From Chthonomonadales bacterium (GTDB taxonomy: Bacteria > Armatimonadota > Chthonomonadetes > Chthonomonadales > CAJBBX01), in assembly GCA_037443035.1 (NCBI GenBank), contig JBBIPC010000036.1:1-17147 (forward strand): a stretch of DNA of 17,147 nucleotides, given 5' to 3'. Below the pieces are notes generated by a model. The model ran no database searches, had not been told where the DNA came from, and saw nothing but the letters and a program-made list of their open reading frames with translations. Positions 1 through 7,780 of the stretch are shown here, piece by piece. Each line of letters opens with the position of its first letter. The first letter of the stretch is position 1. The position numbers and the translations under genes are program-made.

Positions 1-89
1 CCCACGGGCGGGTTGTTGACGCGCTCTTTGTCCCGGTGTTCGTAGGCTTGGACGTCTCGGCCTCTACCGGATTCTCTGGTGCCGCTCAT
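1..89 (-). CDS. 5' end (runs off the window) of a probable site-specific adenine DNA methyltransferase, type III R-M Mod-like
   Basis: Not in the ORF track. Manual translation from ATG at 89 gives MSGTRESGRGRDVQAYEHRDKERVNNPPVG. An AGGAGG RBS lies at about 98-103 on the minus strand. The Y-x-H-x-D-K-x-R-x-N-N-P-P-V-G pattern matches my recollection of N-termini of COG2189/type III Mod proteins. Only about 30 codons are visible and no catalytic motif is in the window. Confidence 0.65.
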   Translation of the reverse strand, partial: MSGTRESGRGRDVQAYEHRDKERVNNPPV

Positions 90-182
90 CTTGCGTTCCT
101 CCTATACCGACGTCGACGGGTATCCATTCCTTCGCGATCCCGCGCTTCCGCTCCTGCAACGGTGGGGTGGCCCCGCTTAGGT

Positions 183-566
183 TGTTAGCCCCCCCTTACA
201 TCCCCCCGTAGACGGGGGGAGTGGGTGTACCCCCCCTTGCATCCCCCCCCGCATGCGGGGGGATAGGGGGGGTTGGTTCGTATGCGCGGCTGTTAGCCCC
301 CCCTTGCATCCCCCCGTAGACGGGGGGAGTGGGTGTCCCCCCTTGCATCCCCCCGTAAACGGGGGGAGTGGGTGCCCCCCCTTGCATCCCCTCGTAGACG
401 GGGGGAGTGGGTGCCCCCCCCTTGCATCCCCCCGTAAACGGGGGGAGTGGGTGTCCCCCCCCTTGCATCCCCCCCGCCTGCGGGGGGATAGGGGGGGGTT
501 GGTGCGTATGGGCGGCTGTTAGCCCCCCCCTTGCATCCCCCCGTAGACGGGGGGAGTGGGGGGGCT
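183..566. repeat. Tandem array of eight GC-rich palindromic (REP/short-dispersed-repeat-like) units, order A-B-A-A-A-A-B-A
   Basis: A units (about 38-42 bp, consensus C6-8 TTGCA TCCCCCCG TARA CGGGGGGA GTGGGTG) are at 189-229, 297-336, 337-374, 375-413, 414-454 and 523-564. B units (C7-8 TTGC ATCCCCCC..GC MT GCGGGGGGAT A G7-8 plus a 24-nt linker ending TGTTAG) are at 230-296 and 455-522. Confidence 0.95.
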
Positions 567-632
567 TCCATATATATACTCGTGCGCAGTGGGCGGAAAG
601 CCGAATCGTGGCGGGGGGACTTTTCGAGATTC

Positions 633-1619
633 CTAGGGGCAGGTGTGGCCGCGGCGGGCGAGCTCCTCCTGGGCGGCGGCGCGGAGCTGGGAGCAGTCTA
701 TGGTCCCTTGGTAGGTCCGGGAATCGTCGGGGAGCTGGTAGAGATGGACGGGGTCGGGCATGGTGGCGATGTGGCAGAGGTCCTCGACGGAGATCTGGCG
801 CATGTCGCCCATGACCGCCGCCAGCATCTCTGAAGCCAGAACCGCGTGCATCGGGTCGTTCTGCAAGAGGTTCAGGAGCGGCCCCACGACGGCTCCGCCG
901 CAGCGTGCAACCACCTGGGAGTCGGTCCACCGCGAGACTCCACGGGCCCATTGCTGTTGAAGCGCTTGCAGGACGACCGCGGCACCTTCCGGCGTATGGG
1001 TGTCGGCCAGGGCTTCCAGGATGGCGTAGGAATCGTTGACAACTGCCAGCGCGTTCGTCAGCACCGGCACGGCTGCCACACCGTAGGACGCCGCCTGCGC
1101 GTAGTCGCCACTGGCGATGGCCATGGCCACGTAGTCCTCGGCGGTGCTCGGTGCCCAGCCCGCCTGGGCCAAGACGCGCGCCAGGCGCTCATCTAGCGTG
1201 GCGTGAAACTCGGCCACGAGAGTCGCCAGCACATAGGGATCCCGCAACGCCTCCTGGCATCCTTCATGCCAGTTTCCGTCCCGCCAGGCCTGGAGCGCCA
1301 TACGGGCCAATGTATCGAGGGCGGCCGGTGTTCCGAGCGACAGGAGAACCTGGACGGCTTCTGGACACCAGCGGTGACGAAACGCCGAGCGGTTCAGAGC
1401 CAGCACTGCACGATCGCCGTGGCGGGTCAGAGACGCGTAGTAACCAGTGGCAATAGCGAAGGCGATGTGCTCGTCCGTGGTGGTCGGCGACCATCCACGC
1501 CGCCGCAGCTCAGACGCGGCGTCGGGGCTGAAACGCTGGGTCAGCTCTTGGAGCAGTGCATCCGTTCGCCCTCGTACACCGCTTGCGTCCTCATCGCGAC
1601 GACTTGGCCACAATCGCAT
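633..1619 (-). CDS. Hypothetical alpha-helical repeat protein (HEAT/PBS-lyase-like), about 328 aa
   Basis: The ORF track gives 633..1685 from a TTG start, but ATG at 1619 has a GGAGGGG RBS just upstream and is preferred. The protein is Ala/Leu-rich and contains a duplicated motif (LRRRGWSPTTTDEHIAFAIATGYY / LAQAGWAPSTAEDYVAMAIASGDY), a HEAT-like segment GVAAVPVLTNAL, and a C-terminal IDCSQLRAAAQEELARRG. Confidence 0.7.
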   Translation of the reverse strand: MRLWPSRRDEDASGVRGRTDALLQELTQRFSPDAASELRRRGWSPTTTDEHIAFAIATGYYASLTRHGDRAVLALNRSAFRHRWCPEAVQVLLSLGTPAALDTLARMALQAWRDGNWHEGCQEALRDPYVLATLVAEFHATLDERLARVLAQAGWAPSTAEDYVAMAIASGDYAQAASYGVAAVPVLTNALAVVNDSYAILEALADTHTPEGAAVVLQALQQQWARGVSRWTDSQVVARCGGAVVGPLLNLLQNDPMHAVLASEMLAAVMGDMRQISVEDLCHIATMPDPVHLYQLPDDSRTYQGTIDCSQLRAAAQEELARRGHTCP

Positions 1620-1699
1620 CGTAACCCCTCCGTTGGCATCATGGCACTTGCAGGGTTGGCGACACGCAGGACAGATGGTAGACAACTCTCTTACCTAAC

Positions 1700-1728
1700 A
1701 CTATACGCGGTGTCTTGCGATTTGTCCA
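1700..1728 (-). promoter_or_regulatory. Putative sigma70-type promoter for the helical-repeat gene (and possibly the downstream array and methyltransferase)
   Basis: Minus strand reads TGGACA (1728-1723), a 17-nt spacer, then TATAGT (1705-1700), in the divergent intergenic region. Confidence 0.6.
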
Positions 1729-1813
1729 GTGGCAGTCGGTTAGGAGGGACCGGAGAGCAGAGCGCAGAATCGACAGATAGGATGTGGATGATCGGCCGGA
1801 GGGAGGTTGGAGG

Positions 1814-4800
1814 GTGAAGCTCCTGTGGTGCCTGCTAGTCGGTGCGGCCATGTGTGCTTGGTCGGATTCCCAGACGCGGCTTCGCTTCGATTTCGAGACG
1901 GGCGACTTGCAGGGCTGGCAGGTCATGGAAGGGCGTTTCGGCGCCATCGTGAGCGATCGGGCGCTCTGCAGGAATACGCCGAACACGCCCTACCCCAAGG
2001 AGGGCCGCTACTTCCTGAGCACGACCGAGCTGTCCGACGGGGGCTTCGACGATGGCATGACAGGCGTGGTCGAGAGCCCGGCCATCCGGTTGACGGGACC
2101 TGTGATCACGCTCCAGGTAGGGGGCGGCGGCCATCCGGAGACGTACGTGGCGCTCTGCACGGAGGACGGCGTGGAGCGCCGGGTGGCCCGGGGCGCCAAC
2201 TCCGAGACGATGCAGCGCGTTCGGTGGGACGTGTCGGAGCTGGTGGGCAAGATCGTCTACTTCGTCGTCGTGGACCAACACAAGGGGAGCTGGGGGCACA
2301 TCACGCTGGATGCCGTAGAGGTGGATGGCGTCTTGGATGCCGAGGCCACCGCCCGGCTCCGTGGGAACTACACCGAGAGAAAGGAACGAAGGATGCGCAT
2401 GCAGCAGGCTGAGGAGGCAGCCCGTGCCGCCCAGCGGGAACGCCACCGCCGGCAGCTCCAGGACCCCAAGTATCTATTCGACCAGGGCAAACCGCGCGTT
2501 TACTCCGGTGAGGCTCTCCAGGCGATCTCCATGCCCGTGGGCGGGATCGGGGCGGGGTGCATCCAGATGGACGGCTACGGCCGACCGGCTATTTGGCAGA
2601 TTTTCGGCAACTACCGCGCCATGCGCATTCCCGACAGCCTCCTGGCCATCCGCTGCAAGGTTGGCGCGTCGGCGCCCGCGGTCCGTGCACTTCAGGGCGC
2701 CGCGGCGGGTCCGTTCGCGGGCATGCGCACGGTGCGGTTCCAGGGCGAGTACCCCTTCGGGTGGTGGAGACTCGAGGACCCGGCCCTGCCGCTGGATGTC
2801 ACGCTGGAAGTCTTCTCGCCACTGGTTCCCGGCAACGCGCGCGACTCGGCGTTTCCCGCGGCTGTGTTCCGGGTGACCGTCCGGAACCGCAGTTCCAAGC
2901 AGGCTCATGTCCACCTCCTGGCCGTGCAGCAGAACGCCCTGGGCCTCGACCCCAACCACGAGCCGGAAGGTCTGCAGGCGCCCTCGTACGGGGGCAACCA
3001 CAATCGCGTGATCAGCCAACCGGGGCTGAGCGTGGTGGCCATGTCGCGGGAGGACTCGCCGGGCACAATGGCGCTGGCCGCCGTCGGACGAACCGTCGCC
3101 GCCGCGGCCGACTGCGGCGACCTGGACGCCGTCTGCAAGGCGTTCACCGAGACGGGCCAGGTCGGCGGTCCGGCAGAGACGCCGCCTTCACCGCAGGGCC
3201 GCACCTTCGACGCCGCCATGAGCGTGCCCATGCATCTGCGTCCCAACGAGAGCCGGACGCAGGCTTTCTTCCTGACTTGGCATATGCCCGGGCAGGTTCA
3301 TGGCGAGGGGGCCTGGCAAGCCAAGGGGTGCATGTACGAGAACTGGTGGCCCGACGCGCCGGCCGTGGCCGTCGAGCTGAAGCGCCGCCTGCCGGAGCTT
3401 CTGGCGCGCACCCGGCTCTATCACGACACGCTCTATGCCTCGAACCTGCCTCGGTGGCTGCTGGATCGCATCTCGTCGCAGGTCGCCATTCTCCGAAGCA
3501 AGACGTGCTTCTGGGGCAAGGATGGTTACTTCGGCGCGTGGGAGGGGTGCAACGCCGGGCAGGGCTGCTGCATGGGCAACTGCAGCCACGTATGGCACTA
3601 TGCCCAGGCGCACGCCCGCCTCTGGCCGGAGCTCGGGCGGCGCATGCGCGAACAGGAACTGCGGCAAACCACCGCCGAGGGTGCCGTGCCCCATCGCCAG
3701 CCGGACGCCTTCCCTGCGTTCGACGGCCAATGCGGGACCATCCTGGGTGCCTACCGCGAGCACCTGTGCTCGGCTGACGACGCTTGGCTCCGCGAACACT
3801 GGCCGACGATCCGCCGGGCCATGGACTACCTCGTCCGCACGCATGACCCCGACGAAGACGGCATGCTCACGGGTCCGCAGTGGAACACCTTGGACGAGCG
3901 CGCCGGTGGCACGTCGTCGTGGCTGGGTTCGCTCTACATCGCGGCCCTGCGCGCGTGCGAACGGATGGCCCTGCGCATGCAGGACCCCGGCGCCGAGCGC
4001 TACGCCCGCATCGCCGAGGCGGCTTCGCCCAACCAGGACCGGGCCCTTTTCAGCGGCGAGTACTACATCCAAGTGCCTGAAGCCACGCCCTACCGGGACT
4101 ACGGCAACGGCTGCCATATCGACCAGGTCCTGGGGCAGTGGTGGGCCGATATGCTGGACCTGGGCCGCATCTACCCGGCGGACCGCTGCCGGAGCGCCCT
4201 GGCTGCCCTCCATCGGCACAACTTCCTCTACGACTTCGTTGGTGTCCGCCAGGCGCCCCGGAAGTTCGTCCACGACGACGATGCCGGCACCAAGATGATC
4301 ACCTGGCCTCGAGGCGGCCGGCCTCCTGCCGAGCACGAGATGGCCTATGCCGACGAGGTCATGACCGGCTTCGAGTATGCGGCCGCCGCGGCCATGGTCT
4401 ATCACGGCCTCATCGAAGAGGGCTTCCGCACGGCCCGGGCCATCGCCGACCGCTACGACGGCCGCCTGCGCACGGGCCTGTCCGCGGGTGACTACACGGC
4501 TTGGGGCTACAGCGGCAACCCGTTCGGCGACGACGAATGCGGCAAGTTCTACGGCCGTGCCATGAGCTCGTGGTCGCTGCTGCTGGCCTGTCAAGGCTTC
4601 GTCTATGACGGCCCCGCAGGGCTGATCGGCTTCCTCCCCCGCTGGCGGCCGGAGGATCACGTCTCGTTCTTCACTGCCGCCGAGGGATGGGGGCTCTTCG
4701 CGCAGAAGCGGACGTCGGCGGGGTTGCGGGCTTCGCTGAAGATCGCGTACGGCCGCCTGCGGCTGCGGACCATCGTCCTCGTGCCATCATCGGGCAAGGT

Positions 4801-4936
4801 GACGGCTGTTCGGGTCACTGTGGCGGGCAAGGCCGTCCCCTGCTCCGCGAAGCTCGTGGACAACACCGTGCACATCACCCTGCGCCGCGCATTCTTCCTG
4901 ACGGCTGGACCCAAAGTCGAGGTGATCGTGCGATGA
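1814..4936 (+). CDS. Secreted GH116-family glycoside hydrolase (non-lysosomal glucosylceramidase/beta-glucosidase-like) with an N-terminal accessory domain
   Basis: GTG at 1814 follows GGAGG (1802-1806). Signal-peptide-like start MKLLWCLLVGAAMCAWS. GH116 N-domain motifs MPVGGIGAG, GEYPF and FSPLVPGNARDSAFP. Catalytic-domain motifs FGAWEG, GNCSHVWHYAQ, QWNTLD, DQVLGQWW, EVMTGFEY, GNPFGDDECGKFYGRAMSSW. Confidence 0.88.
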   Translation: MKLLWCLLVGAAMCAWSDSQTRLRFDFETGDLQGWQVMEGRFGAIVSDRALCRNTPNTPYPKEGRYFLSTTELSDGGFDDGMTGVVESPAIRLTGPVITLQVGGGGHPETYVALCTEDGVERRVARGANSETMQRVRWDVSELVGKIVYFVVVDQHKGSWGHITLDAVEVDGVLDAEATARLRGNYTERKERRMRMQQAEEAARAAQRERHRRQLQDPKYLFDQGKPRVYSGEALQAISMPVGGIGAGCIQMDGYGRPAIWQIFGNYRAMRIPDSLLAIRCKVGASAPAVRALQGAAAGPFAGMRTVRFQGEYPFGWWRLEDPALPLDVTLEVFSPLVPGNARDSAFPAAVFRVTVRNRSSKQAHVHLLAVQQNALGLDPNHEPEGLQAPSYGGNHNRVISQPGLSVVAMSREDSPGTMALAAVGRTVAAAADCGDLDAVCKAFTETGQVGGPAETPPSPQGRTFDAAMSVPMHLRPNESRTQAFFLTWHMPGQVHGEGAWQAKGCMYENWWPDAPAVAVELKRRLPELLARTRLYHDTLYASNLPRWLLDRISSQVAILRSKTCFWGKDGYFGAWEGCNAGQGCCMGNCSHVWHYAQAHARLWPELGRRMREQELRQTTAEGAVPHRQPDAFPAFDGQCGTILGAYREHLCSADDAWLREHWPTIRRAMDYLVRTHDPDEDGMLTGPQWNTLDERAGGTSSWLGSLYIAALRACERMALRMQDPGAERYARIAEAASPNQDRALFSGEYYIQVPEATPYRDYGNGCHIDQVLGQWWADMLDLGRIYPADRCRSALAALHRHNFLYDFVGVRQAPRKFVHDDDAGTKMITWPRGGRPPAEHEMAYADEVMTGFEYAAAAAMVYHGLIEEGFRTARAIADRYDGRLRTGLSAGDYTAWGYSGNPFGDDECGKFYGRAMSSWSLLLACQGFVYDGPAGLIGFLPRWRPEDHVSFFTAAEGWGLFAQKRTSAGLRASLKIAYGRLRLRTIVLVPSSGKVTAVRVTVAGKAVPCSAKLVDNTVHITLRRAFFLTAGPKVEVIVR

Positions 4937-5020
4937 GCGTTAGGTGGCGGAGGCGGTAGCGCCGGAGGGCGTGGCCCTCGGTCGGTCCCGTGCCCGTTTC
5001 CGATAGGCAAGGAGTACGCC

Positions 5021-7780
5021 ATGTTGCTCACCATGTTCGTGATACCCATTGTGTGGAGCCCAGCGCAGACGCCCACGGGTTCTGTATTCCTGCCGGAGCG
5101 GCTCGTTCAGGCCGCACGGGCCAACATCGCGCGCTACGACTGGGCTCGGCAATCGCGGGACCGGATCGTGGAACGCGCGGCGCCTTGGATGCGCATGAGC
5201 GACGACGAGCTCTGGTCCCTCATGTTCGGCAACACCATCAAGCGGTCGTGGATGGTCTGGTCCAACGGCTTCTGCCCTGCGTGCAAGCGGGCTGTGCCCA
5301 TGTACACGTGGGAGATGGACGCTCTGAACCTGCCGTGGAAGGTCCGGTGCCCCCACTGCAAGGAGATCTTCCCCAAGAACGATTTCGTGCGGTTCTATCG
5401 GTCGGGGCTGGACGAGCACGGCGTTTTCGACCCCAAGCGCGCCGACCGGTCCCTGCTCTACAACACGGAGCATCCCGACCCCGGCGACCCGCTCCGATCC
5501 TTCGGTGTGGACGACGGCGAAGGGTATGTAGAGGGCGACAAGCGTTGGCGATTCATCGGTGCCTATCTGATCTACGGTCAGTGGAAGCAGGCCATCTTGG
5601 GGGGGATCCGCAGCCTGGCGGATGCCTACACGGTCACCGGCGACCCGGCCTATGCCCACCGCGCAGGCGTGCTCCTGGACCGCGTGGCCGATCTCTATCC
5701 GTCGCACGATTTCGGCCAGCAGGGAGTCATGTACGAAGGACCGCCTATGGCGGGTTACGTCTCTACCTGGCATGATGCATGCGAAGAGACGCGGCAGCTC
5801 GCCCTGGCCTACGATCAGGTACGGGATGCCCTGGCCCGCGACGAGAAGCTCGTGCGCTTCCTCAGCGAGAAGGCCGCCCGATACCGGCTGGAGAATCCCA
5901 AGCGGACCTGGGCCGATGTGTGTCGGAACATCGAGGACGGCATCCTGCGGCACCCGCTGGAGCACCGAGAACGGATCTATTCCAACTACCCGCGCACGGA
6001 GATCACCTTGGCCACGCTCACCATGGTCCTGGGATGGCCGGGCAACCGCCAGGAGGTCTTCGCCATCTTGGATCCCATGCTGGAGAAGGCGACGGCCGTG
6101 GATGGTGTCACGGGTGAGAAGGGCCTGGCGGGGTACTCGGCGTTCACCGTGCAGGGCGTGGCACTCTTCCTGGGCCAAATCTCGCGCATCGAGCCGACAC
6201 TCCTGCGGGAATTGCTCCAGCGCCATCCGCGCCTGAGAGACATGTTCCGGTTCCACATCGACACATGGTGCCTGGGCAAGTACTACCCGCAGACGGGCGA
6301 CACGGGCGGCTACGCTTCGCTCGTGCCTCGCTACGTCGGGGTTCCGCTGCGGAAGGACGCCGGGATGGAGCCTTCGGGCTACGATCTCTTGGTGCGTTTG
6401 GCCAAGGACACGGGCGATCCCGCCTTCGCCCAGGTGGCCTACCTGGCCAACGAGAGGACTGTCGCGGGTCTGCCCTATGACCTGTTCTGCACCGATCCGG
6501 CGGCGGTCCAACGCGAGGTCGCGTCGGTTGTCCGGCGGTTCGGGCCGGAGCCCAAAGTGGGCAGCGTGAATAAGGAGAAGTGGTGTCTGGCCATCCTCCG
6601 GTCCGGAGCGGGTGCCGACGCGCGGGCGGTGTGGCTGGACTACGACGCCGGCGGTGCCCACGGTCACGCGGACGCCCTGAACCTGGGCATGTTCGCTTTC
6701 GGCCTGGACCTGCTGCCGGAGCTGGGCTACCCGCCGGTCCAGTTCGGCGGCTGGGGGTCGCCACGGGCCAGATGGTACACGGTGACGGCGGCGCACAACA
6801 CGGTGGTGGTGGACCGTCAGAATCAGGAGAAGGCGTCGGGTGTGTGCACATTATGGTGCGATGGCCGGGGGCTCCGCGCGGTCCGGGCGGCGTGTCCCCA
6901 GGCGGCGCGCGTGCGACGCTACGAGCGGACCATCGCCTTGTGCGACGTTGGGCCGCAGAGCGCCTACGTGGTGGATGTATTCCGCGTGGCCGGCGGTTCG
7001 GAGCATGTGAAGTTCCAGCAGAGCCACTTCGGCACGCTCGCTCTGAAGGGTGTCGAACTCGCCGTCGAACCGGATTTCGGGCAGGAGACCCAGATGCGTG
7101 CGTTCCGTCTCGGGCGGGTCTCGACGGACGGTGCCGTGGCGGATTGGACCGTCCAGGACCGCCTGAAACTCCTTCCGGAAGGCGCAACGGCGGGGCTGCG
7201 GCATTACGAGCTGACGGAAGGCGCCGAAGTCGGCACGTGCGAGGGCTGGATCGCCATCGGGGGCTACAACGCGACGGAGGAGCTCTGGATACCCCGTCTC
7301 GTGGTGCGACGGCGCGGGCAGGACCTGATGTCCACCTTCGTGGCCGTGCTGGAGCCACACTTGGGCACGCAGGCCATCCGTACGGTCCGGCGATTGCGCA
7401 TGGTTCGGAGCGGTGCAGGCATCACACCCGGAGATGGGACCTGCGCGCTGGAAATCCGGCGGGCGAATGGTCTGCGGGACATCGTGGTGGTGCCCGATCC
7501 CGAAGCGCCGAAAGGGACCGTGACCGTTCCGGAGGCAGAGCTTTCGCTGGACGGGGATCTCTGCCGGGTCACGCTGGACGCCGGTGGGCAGGTTCGGTTC
7601 GTATCCGCCGTGGGCTGCTCAGAACTGCGCGTAGCCGGGCTGCGCCTCCGGGGGACGACCCGTGACAGCCGCACGCTCATCGAGCTGGAAGTCGCGGGAG
7701 GACGGCCCCGGATCCTTACCGGTAAGAGCGCCGTTGCCGAGGTTCACTACGTGGTCAGAAGCTGGCAACTCGACCGATGA
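5021..7780 (+). CDS. Heparinase II/III-like polysaccharide lyase family protein (919 aa)
   Basis: AAGGAG RBS at 5009-5014 and a hydrophobic N-terminus. Helical-barrel motif LADAYTVTGDPAYA. Heparinase II/III C-domain motifs GAHGHADALNL, ELGY and AAHNTVVVD. Confidence 0.82.
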   Translation: MLLTMFVIPIVWSPAQTPTGSVFLPERLVQAARANIARYDWARQSRDRIVERAAPWMRMSDDELWSLMFGNTIKRSWMVWSNGFCPACKRAVPMYTWEMDALNLPWKVRCPHCKEIFPKNDFVRFYRSGLDEHGVFDPKRADRSLLYNTEHPDPGDPLRSFGVDDGEGYVEGDKRWRFIGAYLIYGQWKQAILGGIRSLADAYTVTGDPAYAHRAGVLLDRVADLYPSHDFGQQGVMYEGPPMAGYVSTWHDACEETRQLALAYDQVRDALARDEKLVRFLSEKAARYRLENPKRTWADVCRNIEDGILRHPLEHRERIYSNYPRTEITLATLTMVLGWPGNRQEVFAILDPMLEKATAVDGVTGEKGLAGYSAFTVQGVALFLGQISRIEPTLLRELLQRHPRLRDMFRFHIDTWCLGKYYPQTGDTGGYASLVPRYVGVPLRKDAGMEPSGYDLLVRLAKDTGDPAFAQVAYLANERTVAGLPYDLFCTDPAAVQREVASVVRRFGPEPKVGSVNKEKWCLAILRSGAGADARAVWLDYDAGGAHGHADALNLGMFAFGLDLLPELGYPPVQFGGWGSPRARWYTVTAAHNTVVVDRQNQEKASGVCTLWCDGRGLRAVRAACPQAARVRRYERTIALCDVGPQSAYVVDVFRVAGGSEHVKFQQSHFGTLALKGVELAVEPDFGQETQMRAFRLGRVSTDGAVADWTVQDRLKLLPEGATAGLRHYELTEGAEVGTCEGWIAIGGYNATEELWIPRLVVRRRGQDLMSTFVAVLEPHLGTQAIRTVRRLRMVRSGAGITPGDGTCALEIRRANGLRDIVVVPDPEAPKGTVTVPEAELSLDGDLCRVTLDAGGQVRFVSAVGCSELRVAGLRLRGTTRDSRTLIELEVAGGRPRILTGKSAVAEVHYVVRSWQLDR

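Noticed and set aside
183..566. CRISPR array
   Set aside because: Units abut with no unique spacers, the two 24-nt linkers are near-identical, and no cas genes are in the window.
570..600. Promoter for the methyltransferase at the TATATATA tract
   Set aside because: On the minus strand the alternating TA does not give TAnnnT and the -35 is poor. On the + strand TATACT (575-580) has no -35 and faces an antisense gene.
196..951. ORFs crossing the repeat array (196..951 -, 253..522 +, 293..571 -, 407..814 +)
   Set aside because: The low-complexity Pro/Gly peptides are translations of the DNA repeat, with frames shifting at homopolymer runs; two of them also overlap the real gene at 633-1619.
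1620..1685. N-terminal CPAC..CKC zinc finger on the helical-repeat protein
   Set aside because: It depends on a TTG start with a weak RBS. ATG 1619 has a strong RBS, so the Cys-rich extension is probably untranslated.
4965..4979. Hairpin GAGGGC-GTG-GCCCTC after the GH116 stop as a terminator
   Set aside because: Only a 6-bp stem with no U-tract.
4940..6796. 618-aa antisense ORF and other long shadow ORFs (3188..4660, 6144..7358, 10529..11818, 12810..14129)
   Set aside because: They lie antisense to well-supported genes, are expected from stop-codon scarcity in GC-rich DNA, and show no family motifs.
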